In this document: one piece after another, positions 12,220 through 36,208 of the stretch | Position numbering within the stretch: the first letter of the stretch is position 1 | Layout: the number at the start of each line of letters is the position of its first letter | Assembly: GCA_963693365.1 (NCBI GenBank) | Contig: CAVNZM010000010.1 | Span: 7,131,794-7,195,793, forward strand | Reading direction: 5' to 3' | Length of the DNA stretch: 64,000 nucleotides | DNA from: Amoebidium appalachense | Taxonomy: Eukaryota; Protista; Ichthyosporea | Program-made: the position numbers and the translations under genes | The notes under the pieces: model-generated | Told to the model about the DNA's origin: nothing | Database searches by the model: none | Seen by the model: only the letters and a program-made list of their open reading frames with translations

Positions 12220-12221
<2 letters not shown>
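11777..12221 (+). mobile_element. Family A element, one full unit
   Basis: Runs from gtcttctttcagagg to cgcattcaaa, with poly(C) at 11760-11776 and from 12222; lies downstream of SF3B3. Confidence 0.93.
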
Positions 12222-12253
<32 letters not shown>

Positions 12254-12889
12254 CCCCCTCCCTCCCTCGGCGCCGCGGCTGCACACATACCTGACTGGCA
12301 CACCAGGGCACACATCCCACCACCATCGATCCCGGACAACACCGAAAGTCTGTTTGCATGATCGATTCGGGAAAACATACATGTCTGCACTTCAAGTTCC
12401 CCCTCATCCTCTCCCGTCCCGGGTCCTTGTACAGTAACTGGCACACACGAAGTTGAAACCGCGTATGTCGCATTTTCGTGCTTCAATTGTTATATTATTA
12501 GGCCAGGGTCTGGCTCCGACAGAGCCCATTTGGACCTGTTTTCTGGAAACTTTCCCGTGATGATGGGAAGCCGGTTACAGTAGGGTTAGAGAAGGAAGGC
12601 CGATAAGGCTACTAATTAGCCACTAGTATTAAAGCCAACATGGTGTACGGGGTGGTAGTGGTGCCACAATGACTCAGTTGGGGAGGGGGGGGGGGGTTTA
12701 AGACTCAGCTAATGTGTGGATGGTCGAATACGGAAGCGGCGGCTTGCTTTGGATTGTTGATGGACCGTTCACCTTACTTGAATTGCAGGTTGAAGGGGCT
12801 TAGCTTAGTGAAGGTGCCCGGGAACTTTGTAGAGAAAAAAAAGGGGGAGGGGAGGGGGGAAAGGGGGGAGGAAGGAGGGAGGGAGGGGA

Positions 12890-12932
<43 letters not shown>

Positions 12933-14758
12933 GGGAGGGGGAGGGGGGGGGGGGGGGGGGGGGGGGGGAATGCAGGGCCGGGGAGAGTGAGTGTGTAGCA
13001 ATACTAAGGTAATAGTGGTACAGTTTTTTCAAAGGCCGGGGTAAAGAGTGGACCGGGATGTGTATGTGTAGAAATTCTGTATTACCAATATTCGAATGGC
13101 ACACGGCCCGGGTACGTGGTGGTTTGGGAGGAAGGAACTCAAGGCCCCGGGGGATAAATTATCATCATTTTGGCACTGGTCGTTGAATCGTTATGATTGT
13201 GGATATCAATGGCTCTGTGAATGGGAGAACCCCAGCCTGGGGCCGAGAGGGCTCTAAAAGGGAGGGGGGAGGGGGGGGAGGAGCCGAAAATAAAAAGGGG
13301 GAGGGGGGGGGGGGGGGGGGGGGGGAGGGGGGAGGAGAGCGAGAGCTCAGTCAATGTACATGGTAAAGGGACACATCATGCTTGCCTGTTACGAACACGA
13401 GTCCATCATCAGTATTCGGGTGGTAAAATGATGTACATTTGAGTATAATATTATATCGCTGATTAGATGCAGTTTGAACACAGCTTTGGGCTGGACTGAA
13501 GCCGCAGCTGCAGAGTTGCAGGTAAGCTGGCAACGTGCCACTCGAGTTTTTTTTGCGGTTAGCGCTGACGCTAAACATTCACCGTAGATACGGATTCCTG
13601 AGTCCGCACTTTGAAGCATGGGCAAGTTTCAATGTACGGCTGTATGAGTGGTTGAATCGACGAATGAGTCTGTGAGAGGAGGAAGGGAGCTCGAGATAGT
13701 CGTAGAGGAACAGGTTGTATGAGGGGGGGGAGGGGGGGGAGGGGAGGGGGGGAATAAAGAGAGGGAGAAGGGGGGGGGGGGGGGAGAAGGGGAGGATGAG
13801 GGGAAGGGGAAGGGAGAGCGGGAGGGGAGAGGGGGGGGGGAGGGGAAGAGAGAGAGAGAAGGAGAGAGGGAGACAGCATTTTCTTTTGGAGAGGGGGGGG
13901 GGGGGGGGGTTTGCTAGAGAGAGAGGGAGAGGGAGAGAGGCAGGGGGAGTGAGAGAGGGAGGGAGGGAGAGAGAGGGAGAGAAAGGTGGAGCATTGGGGG
14001 GGGGGGGGGGGGGGGGGAGGGAGGGAGGGAGAGAGAGTGGGCCGGGGAGAGACAGGGACAGAGGGAGAGGGAGAAAGGGCAGGGGAGGAGGGGAGGGGAT
14101 GGGGGGAGAGGGGATAAAACGACAGACTAGGCTCTGATGGCGTAGGGGCGATGAAAATGAATAGAAATATCGATAACGGATGGAAGCTTGTCCAATATGG
14201 ACGTGCCGCACGGCTGAGGGATAGACGGCATACATATGCAGTGGACCATTCTTGGGGATCAATATTATGGGCCCCAAACACTGCTAACACGAACGAAATT
14301 TAAGATGGGAAGTGTTTTCTCGGACAGTAATGGCTTTTATCCAATAATCATGATGGATTGAAACATACATATCACTAGTGGGTATAATTATTGTTCCTCC
14401 CCGCCATACGTACGTACGACACGTGTCTTCTATTTTTTTCGTCCTAAAATATGATACAGTTCAATGGTGGATTCAGTATTACCGCATCTTCAACTTGTAG
14501 AAAAAAATTACACCCTCGAAACTCTGAAGATCTCAAAAAGCAAAAACCTCAGCATAGAATCATCAATCGCATAACTCGCAACTGAGAACAACAACACCGT
14601 TGAACGGAAACCGATGTTGCTATTGAAAACAACTGCCAAACCTCGGCATTATTTACGAAGATCACGGTCGAGGTTACTATCATATATATATGCATACAGT
14701 TCATTACGTCAATGTACACCCACCCAATTTACAACCCGAATAATATCCGCATATATCT

Positions 14759-15754
14759 CTATGCGCTAGGCCTAGACCCCAACGTATCCCCATTAACCCA
14801 GCAGGGAGCAGCCAGTTTATCAGCCACCGTCTTTGCCGTCTTCACTCTCACCACTGCAATATCCACCTCGGATCCCTCCCCACTATCCACACAATTCTTA
14901 ACCCCGTCCACAATACACTCCGCAAAAGCGCGCACAAGAACCCCTACATCGTCAAATTTCGAAATGACAATATCGGCACCCCGCCCGTCCTCCGACTTTG
15001 CGCCAGACATGAGCATGCGCGCATGGCTATCCATCATTTCTTGCTTAATATGAGACCCCCCCACAAATCCAATAATGAGCCCTATTTTCGCATTTGCAGC
15101 CGAGCCGACGCCGGAGCCACTATCCTCAACGGCCACACACTGAATGGGTCGTAGTCCATGCGCCATGCATGCTTTAAGGTAGACGGAGGGGTCGGGCTTA
15201 AAGCGAGGGGGCACAAAGTCGCTTTCACCACTGTGCACGTGACTGTCGGGGAAAAAGGGGAGGAGGCCACTGGCATCGCGGGAGGCAAGAACCCGGGGGG
15301 CACCTGTACACACATGAAAATTAGATTACCGTTGGCGTAGACGGGGAGAGTTTGTTTATTTGCCTGGCGAGGTTTGTGTGTGCATACATGCATGCATGCA
15401 TGCATGCCGCACGCGAGGGTGCACTTTTTTATTTCCTCATAGATTATGTAAATTTTTATAGGGGGGAAGGGGGAGGGGGGAGGAGGCACATGCAACTACG
15501 ATGTGTGCATACCGCGCTTGCGTGGCTGCCATATATTTTAGATCGCTTTTATATCGTTTTTTTTTTTTTTGAGGGCGGGCGGGGAGTATGTGTGTGGTTG
15601 TGTGCGCGTGCTTGTGCGTGTGCGTGTACACGTGGTGGTGGTGCAACCTTTCTCTTTTGCATAATCCCGGGAAGTGCTTAAGGTGGTAGGTGGGGGCAAG
15701 GAGGCTGGAAGGGGGGGGGGGGGGGGGGGGGGGGGGGGAGGGGGGGGGGGGGGG

Positions 15755-15789
<35 letters not shown>

Positions 15790-16456
15790 GGGGAGGGGGA
15801 GGGGGGTAAAGGAAGCCCAGCTCTCTCTTCTCATTTGGTGACAATATACCAACAAAATTATAAAAAACAATCTGCAAATGTCCTTATCAGCAGTATCGGG
15901 GCCGGATCCTAGAACTACAAGCAAAAAAACGATATGGACACGTACCGCTTGTGGTTGCAATGTTGAAAAGCACCCCGTCTTGTTTCATCTGCATGAGTGT
16001 AGGGACTACCCCCTCGATGGCCCTTGCCGTCTTTGCCAGTGCCTCCACCGTGTCGTCTTTTTGCAGCGTCAATAGATCAATTTTCCTCGTCTCAGCGAAA
16101 GAACGAAGGCCAAATTTCTTCCTCCCTGCGTCCACAACCCGAATCACATCAGGGTCTTCAAGTTGCAACTCACGCACGTGTTGAATGGACGGGAGACCCA
16201 TAGAAGCACGTTGCTGGTCGCACGACTCGAGCATAAACTCAAACGCCTTTCCCGCATTTAGACGAATAAACTCGTCAGCGGAAGGGAGAGGTGGAGGGAG
16301 GTATGGGGCGATCTCCCAGTAGGCCACCTCCATCGCCGGTGTTTCTGTGTCGCTCAGAGTGCCGTCAAAGTCAAAGCACACGGCTACAACGGAGTTGGGT
16401 GCGCGCTCAAGCTCGGCAACAACGGCATCGGCAATTTTTTTGTCGTTGGGTGCCAT
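14759..16456 (-). CDS. HAD-superfamily hydrolase (CbbY/beta-phosphoglucomutase-like), two exons
   Basis: Exon 1 16456-15946 (MAPNDKK..., motif I FDFDGTLSDT, motif II IATTSG). Exon 2 15303-14759 (HSGESDF, motif III KPDPSVY, motif IV VEDSGSGVGSA). A phase-compatible GT-AG intron joins SG|APRV. Confidence 0.9.
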
Positions 16457-17083
16457 GTTGAGGAAAAACTTGTGAATTTTGTCTGTAAAAAGAATCAACA
16501 GCGAAGAATTTCTGCGTGCAGAAAAAACTTTGTGCAAATTTGGCTAGGAAGGAAAGTAGGAAGAAAGGTAGACGAGTAGGAAGACGCAAGCGCATTAGCC
16601 GATAGAAACCAAATGCTTTATAAAGGATATATCACGGATGATAGGGATAACTTGCGTGGCTGTAATTTTTGTTGGGTAAGAGCTTCTCTAACAAGTGGGT
16701 TGCAGACTGAAAGAAATCATGGGTGATACCTGGTTTATATATTTTCCTGCATTTCCATGTCGCAGGCTGATTGGTCATCACCCGGGACTCAGCAGAACGA
16801 TGCAGTGAGCTTGGCGCAGCCCTGGAATGGAGCCGGCTAATATATTCTTGTTCTATAAAGCTATTCAATGCTGCAATGACCTATACGACAGCAAAAATTT
16901 AAATTGATTTGACTGAGTTTCTAGGTTTGTTTTTGTTAAAAAAATTGCTTGTATGAACATTCTTATTAGCGCGAGTGCCTTTTATCCTGAACAGGCGTGA
17001 GAGGGTGACATCATGATTCAAGAGCGCAAGGCCGATCTACTGCCGCGCTCTTGATTTACGTAAATCATCGCGAAGCAATTTTT

Positions 17084-17199
17084 GATTGGCTCCCGGGAAT
17101 CCCTTGCTTGCGCGGAAATTTCAAATTTTTTCAGTGCAACATGCGGCGACCTTCGTCACCAGCATAGAGATCAGCGTGATTGCGCAAACACTCGATTGG
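17084..17199. promoter_or_regulatory. Candidate cell-cycle promoter: inverted CCAAT boxes plus an E2F/CHR-like element
   Basis: gattgg at 17084 and 17194; gcgcggaaatttcaaa at 17110-17124; CpG-rich, repeat-free context. Confidence 0.4.
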
Positions 17200-17467
17200 T
17201 CCCGATATCTGCCGCTAAGCAGTTTTCCGCTTGAAGCCTGTTTCTCCCAAGCAGAAGTGCGAGCGAAAAAAGGTTTTGCGTTTGCTATATACTAGGTCAC
17301 TAGTAAGAGCCCGTAGTAACCAGAACAGCACAAAGCGAACACATACTCGGACGGGGACCCTGAGACACTTTTATATGTTTTTCTATGCGTTCAACAGTTG
17401 CTACCAAAGGGACATAGTTAGTGAGGTAGTTCATAAGATAGATAAGATCTAGTCGAAACAATTCATC

Positions 17468-18218
17468 ATCGGCAATACACCTTTTATCGACTGGGTTTGG
17501 AGCAAACAGAACGTACAGATATAAGTAAGAAGATAGTGGCTATGGATGTCATGTGCTTTCTGCATCAGGCTTTCATGCAGTGGCAAGGTGAAAACAGCAG
17601 TAGGACGCAAACAGGTGGCTGGTTTGCCAAAGATCTTTCTACCATCGTGGACCTAAAAACTTCTTTTGCATGTGTTTGGCTGCGTGTTGGTGGGGTGCCC
17701 ATGAAAAAGTTCCAGTCAATGCCTGTGGCAAAGTGTTGCTCAGGCTCAGGACCACACAAGCTGTACATATACAGGAGGAAGGTGAGAAAGGGGGTGGGAG
17801 GAGTGGGTGAGAGAGATGGGGGGGGGGGGGGGGGGGGCAATAACCCAAAGCTGCCTTTATTGAGGCTAAATAGAGAAAGAGAGAGCTTGCGCACACAACT
17901 TTAGGCCGGTGGAAAAATACATTTGAACTGATCACAAAGCTCTCCAAGCATACTTGAGTACGGACGCGGGAGCTGAGCTCAAAACGAAATATGGGCGATT
18001 CCGGCTAAGGGATCTCAAAACAGGAGGGGCCATCTTCAACCTGAGTTGTAGGGTTGTATTACGGTTGGGAAGTTACTACTTAGTGGATTATTATAGACTG
18101 TCACTAATAACGAAATGTAGAATGAATGCTGTGCTACCTAAACAATAATAGTCTATAAATGAATGTTGACCAACTGTGGCATCATTTTAAATCAGCGCCA
18201 ACATATGATACTGAAGAG
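17468..18218 (+). pseudogene. Possible decayed EXO1/XPG-family (PIN-fold) nuclease remnant
   Basis: KKIVAMDVMCFLHQA and CVWLRVGGVPMKK resemble EXO1 N-domain motifs (VAVDTYCWLHK; LVFDGxxLPxK) at similar spacing. Weaker colinear similarity downstream; frames are broken. Confidence 0.3.
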
Positions 18219-18251
18219 GTCTCCTTCCTTTCCCGGGCATTTCTCCCCCTT

Positions 18252-18282
<31 letters not shown>

Positions 18283-18747
18283 CCCCCCCCCACACACACG
18301 CACAAACTCTTCCCTCCTCCTCCCCTCCCCTCCCCTTCCCTGTCTCGGTACCCTTTCTGCCGCCTCGGCCCTCAGCAACCCCTATATCCCCCCCCCCCCC
18401 CCCACACACACACACGCACATTCCCTCTCCGTACTCTCCGTCCCTCCGTCAGCACCCCCCCCCACCCCCCCCACACACACACACACGTGACACCAAGACC
18501 TTCCCCCCTCCTTACTCTCTGACCCTCCCCCGAGCCCCCCCCCCCCCCCCCACCTCCTTACCCTTTCGCCACGCTCATATCCCCCCCCCCCCCCCTTCCT
18601 CCCCCCCTCTCTCGCCTTCACACACCCATGCCTTCCCTTCCTGTTCGTTCTCGACCTTCCTCAGCATCCCCCTCCCCCCTCCCCCCCCCCCCCCCCCCCT
18701 TCCTACATGTTCTCTCCCTCCTCCCTCCCTCGAAATATCTCTTTCTC

Positions 18748-18780
<33 letters not shown>

Positions 18781-18921
18781 TCCCACCCATTTCCCCCAGG
18801 CTCCCTCCTTTCATGTTCGATTAGTTTACACACACACACGCACACACACACACACACACACACCACACAAACACACACACAGACTCTCTCTCTCTCCCTC
18901 TCTCCCTCTCACTCTCTCTCG

Positions 18922-18965
<44 letters not shown>

Positions 18966-20345
18966 GAAGTTTTTAAGTTCTAAAATCATGAAATAATGAA
19001 ATGCCAGGAGGACAATCTGTGCCCCCCCCCCCCCCCCCTCCCTACCCCTCCCCTCTCCCCCAAGCTCTCTCTCTCACTCTCTCCCTTTCTCTCTCTCTCT
19101 CTCTCTCTTCCCCCCCCCCCCCTCTCTCTCTCGCTCTCTCTCTCTATCTCCCACCCTTCCCCCCCCCCCTCTCCCCCCCTCCCCCCCCCGCCCCCATCCC
19201 TTGCCTTCCCCCACCCCCCTCCCCCTTCCAACGTCTTGTTCTTCTGTTTTCGGCTTTCAAAGACTCATCTTCCGCAACGCTAGGCAGCTCGTTCGCAACT
19301 TGCATGTTGCGTCGCTTTTTCACCAGTAGGTCTCTCTCTTTAACCCCTTCCTCATCATCTCGTGATCACCCCGCTCACTAAGCTATTCTCGTATTTCCGT
19401 ATGAGCATCCGCCTTAATTTTTATTACACAGGCGAACCCGCGAAGGGTGTGCAAGAACGGGCTCTTTGGCACGTTCCAAGGGCAGACGATCTGCTAAAGC
19501 TTGCCATCTTTCCGAAGTGTTCTAGATGAAAGTGGTTGAGCATAAGGAAAGTTTCCTAAGGCCTTACTTTTTTGGAGTGGGTGCCCGTGGAGGTGGGGCA
19601 GGATGTGAGCGTGGATCTCTGAGGTAATCCAGAGCGTGTCTTTCTTCGTCTATGTACTTTTTAGTTTACCCAAACGCAGCCAAACGCTCAAGTTAGTTTA
19701 CACTCTTCAATTGCAATATTGTCTTTTCATTTCTAGATGAGCCTATGAAACCATGGAACGTGTGGATCTTTTTCCTTGGGGTTTCCACACCACTCACCTA
19801 CACAGGCAGGCATCTTGAAAACTATTTACCACGATCACTATACAGATGCGTACGAAAAGCATAGGAGGTGTAAAACACATAACATAGGACGCGTGTACGT
19901 GTTTATTTGTTGTTATATACTAAGTGTCCACTTTTCACACAGCCGCACCACCAACTCTTTTAAGTATTATGTTTTTCTGCCGCCGTCGAAACCACGAAAT
20001 TGCATATCGCATGCTTAGCGGCAGAAATCGTGTTTGCGCAAACCGCGCTGAGCTCTACATACCGTGTCACAGCACCGTTACGACATCACTGTTTTTGGCA
20101 AACAACAGTTGCACGTGCACATCCATCTACATGTCATGTTATCTCAGTATCCATGATCTGCAAGGTATGCTGCTCAACTAAGTGTCCTTAGTATACATAA
20201 TGGACACGAGGCACATATCCCCCCCCCCCCCCCCCCCCCCCCCCCCTTCACACACACACCGACGCACACATACACGCACACGCACACACGCACGAGCGCA
20301 CAAGCACACACGTACACGCTGGTGCCCAGGCGCGTGCGCATGCAT

Positions 20346-20386
<41 letters not shown>

Positions 20387-21291
20387 TACAAGCGGACACA
20401 AATACTCGGACGCACTGGTACATGTACGCGTGATAGACGCGCGCACACACAAAAAGGGCCCTTGGCAAGCACACGGGCACACCGAAGAAGAAAAGAAAAT
20501 AAAAGCAGAAAAATATCGGTTAGGGCGTACGTCAGTATTCAACTTGGAAGGACTTTAGGAAAGAGTAGCAAAGAAGAAATTTAGAAAAGAAAGTATACAG
20601 CTGTTAAGTAATTACAGATTGGATATATCTTTTCGCAACGTCCTTTATTTCCGGTCATCTAAGATTTTTTTTGGACCACAACAATCGAAATATCCCAACA
20701 TCTGGTTTATAAAACCAGAATCGTTCTTTGATAACAAACACGCGCATGCATGTATGTACATCAGATTCTTCTAACCTAAACGTCCAAAAAACTGCACGTG
20801 CTAAGCCTAAACATTGATCAGTGTCTAAACTAATCTGACATCAGGATGTGGTGAGGGTACCATTGAAACAGACAATAGAGCAAAATTGTGTTCGCTGGTT
20901 GCAATTATTTCCAAAATCGTACACTACTTCAATTGGTGGCATGCCGTGGGGCTGGGCTTCTCCCCTGGTTCAAGAAAAAAACGAAAAAACAATCAAACAA
21001 ACAAAAAAAAAATTTTTTTAACGGCCGGTTCGTTCTTTTTCTATTCTTCCCTCCCCCCCCCCCCCCCCCCCCCCCCCCCCAAAACAAAACAAAAACAAAA
21101 AGAACAAACAAACAAGCATCTGTTGTCTCATCGACATCAATGCCGGGGCACGTCTCTGTCCCCAATCAAATACAATGCCCCTTTAACGACAGCTAATCGA
21201 AGTGACTAGGGAAAAAAAAGAAAGCAAAAAAAAAAAAGGGTGTTTGTTTACGAGCAAAACAATTGCAACATGCCATCTAGCCCCCGGGTAC

Positions 21292-31454
<10,163 letters not shown>

Positions 31455-34201
31455 CTGTGTGCCCTTTTTGGCGGATTCAACAATCCTGGTGGGGTGTTCT
31501 CCACGCTTAGTTTGTGTGCAGCCAGGGGGAATGTGTGTGTGCTTCAAACCAAACACATGTGGGATTCACATGCTTTGAAACAAAAGCAATACGTTAGAAA
31601 TTAGAGGAAATACTTGCGTGAAAAAGTACAACACTTGTAGAAAATGCATGTGATGTCTGCCAAATTTCACAGTGCGTGTTTGTCTTCTTCTTAAATGTGT
31701 CCTCCGACCCACCTGAGTTTTGAAACCCGCCTCAACTGGCCATATCACCAGTTTTTAACAGTGTTAAAGAATTATAGCTTAGGCCTCAAACACACGGAAT
31801 GGCTCGGATTTGCACACACTCCTCTGCCAAATTTAAACTATCCAAGGTGTGTGTGTGTTTGTGCGTATGGGCAAGCGCGCGCCGCGCTGCGACGATTGTT
31901 TGTTTGTTTGTGTGTGTGTGGCGTGTGTCTCTGTGTGCTTGATGGTCAGTGTCCGATGTGCTTGTGTGTTTCTATGATTTTGTGTGGGCTTGTTTCTCTG
32001 CCTGACCGTGTGTGCACAGTACTCGTGTTCGTGAATATCCAGCTCTCCGTTTCTTTCAGACCGCACGCACAAATACAGCCTGTATCTCAATAAATCCTGG
32101 GTTTACTTCACACGTACAAGGAACAAGGAGTGTAAAGAAATCTGACACTCAAAGGGGTTTGAGAAACCATGAACCATGTACTGTTTATCAAATGTAAACA
32201 AAGAATAAACCACAGAGAATACAGCTTCAATCGGGGACTTGCCTTTGTCTGCTTGCTGGCAGACTCCCAACCGTATCGACCGCCATGGGTGCGCTGTTTC
32301 CAAAACACCAACAACTCGCAAAGTGCAAACCAAAGGGATGGTTCACTTCGCTTCACTTTACACCTGCCCCACCACAGCCTAACTCTCAAAATACAGTTTC
32401 CTTCTTTTGACTCGAGTCCGTCACTTGGAACCCGCAATGCGAACTTGAAGTAGGGGGGCTATCGTGTGCATGTGACGCGTGCCTGCTTGCGGTTGGCGCA
32501 TTGGCACGCTCACTGACAAGTGAAATTTTTAACTTGTGTAGGTTTAGGAAGTAAGAAGCTACGGTCATATCCTAGATAACAAAAAGCAGCTCTCTCTCAC
32601 TGTGTTTTGCCCTCGGCAGGTGGCCAATTGCATACACATGAGAAGCCACGTGTTTTCTGACTGGTTGTGGTGGCACTGTGCCCTCCCCCCAGCCAGATCA
32701 CTCCGAGTGGATCACGATCTCCAGGGTGACCAATTATTATGGTGCGCGTTTTTAGGCAATGCATCATGGGGTACAGTTGTGGTGCTTTGGCGTGGCTATA
32801 ATAAATAAATTACGTTTGAATAATTATGTGCTATATATATATTTAATACGCATGGTATATGAAATAGATAGACATATGTAGTTATATGTAGGGGTTTTCA
32901 ATTGTGTATGCACTATGCACCGTATAAACAACGTGTACTGTCAGACTGTCAGTCTGTGGAGCGGCAGATCATGCATCACTATGAGCTCCGGGTATGACAC
33001 CCCCCCATGATGCTCTAAATTGCCGTTGAATTGTTTATAAGTATCATTAATATGTCACTAGGCCCTAAATGCATTTATCATTAACAAGCATTTAAAACAT
33101 TAAGTAGGAAAATGGATATTCGAATAAAGAGTTTATCAAATATTGGAATTCTGAGAGCAGTTCATGTCTCTGAGTGACGTGAGTGTCCGTCTCTGAATGT
33201 TTTGGTGCAGGCTGGAAAATCTATCAGGCCCCGACAATGAAGTCTAGGGGTCGAAAAGATGTCCTCAGCTCAACTTGCACTGTGGGCCTTCTGCAATAGT
33301 AATCTTGAACTCAAGGTGAACCGAATATGAGGTTAGGCCCACCATGACAGCCAGAAGTAACATTGAAGGATAACTCATCTCTCAGCTACGGTGGTGCTAT
33401 TTTTCAGGGCCACCCAGGCTTGAGGAAAATAACGTAACTATAATATAAAGAGGCCCAAAGAGTTTTGCAAACCACACAAAGGAAGTGGAAATTCCGAACC
33501 CCGAGTAGTGACTCATTCGCGACATGCGATTGGCAATCTAATTTTAGTATGTTTGTCCCAAGGAAAAAAAAGTGTGAACATGTAACATATTCGTATTCTG
33601 TGTAGCGCTGTTTTTCATAACTAGTTTTTTGCAATAGGCCCCTTGATAATGTATTGCATTAGGCACACACACATTGCATAACAATAATCTTCTTCAGTCA
33701 TACAACATGCACACTAGCTGCATATACGTTGTACGCCCGTCGTTTCTTGGTTTAGGGAGCCAAGCCAAGAAAAAAATCCGGGCTGTACTTGCAGGAAAGC
33801 TTGAAAGAAAGTGACGTATAATACTGCACGTGAGTATGTAGTAGCCTTGCTGGTCTGGTTCCGCAACTTTTTCTGGAATAAACTTCAATTTTTTCCCTCT
33901 AAAGTTTACACTGATTCTGCAGTCACGGTGGCGGGCTGTGTTCGAATCCTACGGCAATATGGGCGTACCAAAACATTATTATGATTGGCAGTCAATGGAA
34001 ATGTTGACCTGGATGTTATCTGGAGCATTAAGGTAAATATGTGTCAATAGACGCTATTTTTTTTTTTTTTTTACATAAGAAACTATTTAATGATAATATA
34101 AGTTATTTTGAGATCTGTATGTTGTGTCTTTTTAATCTGACCCAAAGTGGCAGGGCTTTCCAACGGACCGTCCTGGTCTACTCAACTGCCACTAATAATG
34201 T

Positions 34202-34293
34202 GATTGGATAATAATCAGGAGATAAATAAACATAGCTAAATAAAGCAAATTTCAGCTCCTATTGGAGGTCGTGATTTTCAAAAACTCCCGCGC
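34202..34293. promoter_or_regulatory. Candidate CDE/CHR element with inverted CCAAT boxes, between divergent DHCR7 and chromodomain genes
   Basis: Minus strand reads gcgcggg-agtt-tttgaa (34293-34277), a CDE-like site, 4-nt spacer and canonical CHR. ATTGG at 34203 and 34261. Confidence 0.45.
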
Positions 34294-35125
34294 TTTTGCC
34301 GTTGACGGCGGCAAGCATCGTTTGATCACTGTGTACATGTTGTTCGCCCACGAGGTTTACAAAGGCATACTATCATTTTATAGTTTATCAGTCTATGGCT
34401 GTAGATGCGCCTTAACAGTATTCTTTGTTACCGTTATTGCACAAGAGTATTTATGACTTGATGACTGCGTAGCTAGTTGTAACAGAACATAAACGTAAAA
34501 AGCTGAGTTGTGCAGCTCTTTGCAGGAGACCTCTAAAGGCTCACAGTGGCACGTTGTAACATAGGACCAGGGTTTCGGTCTTGGTTATAGTAGGTTTATC
34601 GGCAGGCGTGTACCTTCAGATGATTTGACACCAAGGCTTCTGAGGTAAAAGCACCAAATGAAAGCCACCCCCATTTTTATCCATGTTTATTCAATTTTAT
34701 CTCCTTCCACAGGTTTATTGGCAAGAGCCTACTTTGTAGGTCCAGCCATTAACCACTTCCCTCTCGCTTTCTTTTGGCAAAGCCCTTCGTTTTTAAACCT
34801 TTCAGGTTGCCGTAGGAAACTCGAGCCCAGTGTTTCCTGTTCGATTCGTTTATTCGCACTGCTGTTCCTCCTTTCTTCCTCGACTTAACGCCTATGACAC
34901 CGCGCCCGCCGTGGGTGCATGCTTGCACACACAGGCTTTTACGCTCTCCGACATGCCCCCAGATCCATCCACACACCTCCCCCCCCTCACCCCCCCCCCC
35001 CCCCCCAAAAAAAAAAAAAAAAAAAAAAAAAGCACACACCCCCAACCCGCACACATACGCTGTCTCCCACACCCTGTCCAGCAGCTCCGTCACCTCCCTC
35101 TCCTCCCGACCAAACTTTTCTTGCC

Positions 35126-35165
<40 letters not shown>

Positions 35166-35339
35166 ACCCTTAAAATTTCCACCTCTCTCTTAGTCCGCTC
35201 CTTTCACGGTCACTGAATATGCATCTCTTCCCCACTCCTCAATTCTCCCCGTTTCCTTTTCTGCTGTTGACTAGCTTTTCAGCGTGTATCTGTGTGTTTG
35301 TCTTCAATTGTTGTGTACATTGGGGTGTGCAGGTGGGGA

Positions 35340-35439
<100 letters not shown>

Positions 35440-35617
35440 TATTGTGCGTGTGTGTGGTTTGCGTGTCCGTGCATCTGTGGGTCTGTGTGTGTAATTGTGC
35501 CTTTACACGGAGTTCGAGTATATAGTTGTAGCAGTTCATGAAAGCTCTTTTTCCCTCGTTGCGTGCACACGCATGCACTCGTGTTTGTGCAGTTGTTCCT
35601 GTGTGTGTGTTTGTGTG

Positions 35618-35719
<102 letters not shown>

Positions 35720-35818
35720 GCACACGGTGCATGCTGCCACGAGAGCACGTACTCTGTATGGTTGTGGCTTGCATGGGTACGTGTTCTTGCAGCGCACCTT
35801 GCACATAATGTTCATCTC

Positions 35819-35849
<31 letters not shown>

Positions 35850-36038
35850 ACACACATACACCGGTTTGCCCTGAGGGCCCCCTTTTACTCTCAATCAGCC
35901 AAAGAAACAACGAGCGCGCACACACACAAACACACACACCACATCCCCCCCCCCCCCCCCCCTCCCCCCCACCTATCCCCTTCTTTTTTACATACGTGCA
36001 TAGACCAACTCACCAAGGGGGAACACAGGTGGGGAACC

Positions 36039-36114
36039 ATGGCGTTGTATGTTCCCGAGCGGGTTCTCAAGTCCCGGAGCAAAAACGGAACAACGGAATA
36101 CCTGATAAAATGGG

Positions 36115-36208
<94 letters not shown>

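Noticed and set aside
12480-13700. Unique-sequence blocks between G-runs as possible additional retroelement or gene remnants
   Set aside because: No second copy in the window and no recognisable protein motif in any frame.
33225-33405. GC-balanced segment ending in a T-run, with ggggtcgaaa, as a possible Pol III RNA or ribozyme
   Set aside because: No tRNA cloverleaf, snRNA, SRP or RNase P/MRP signature recognised, and no matching CUGANGA with supporting stems.
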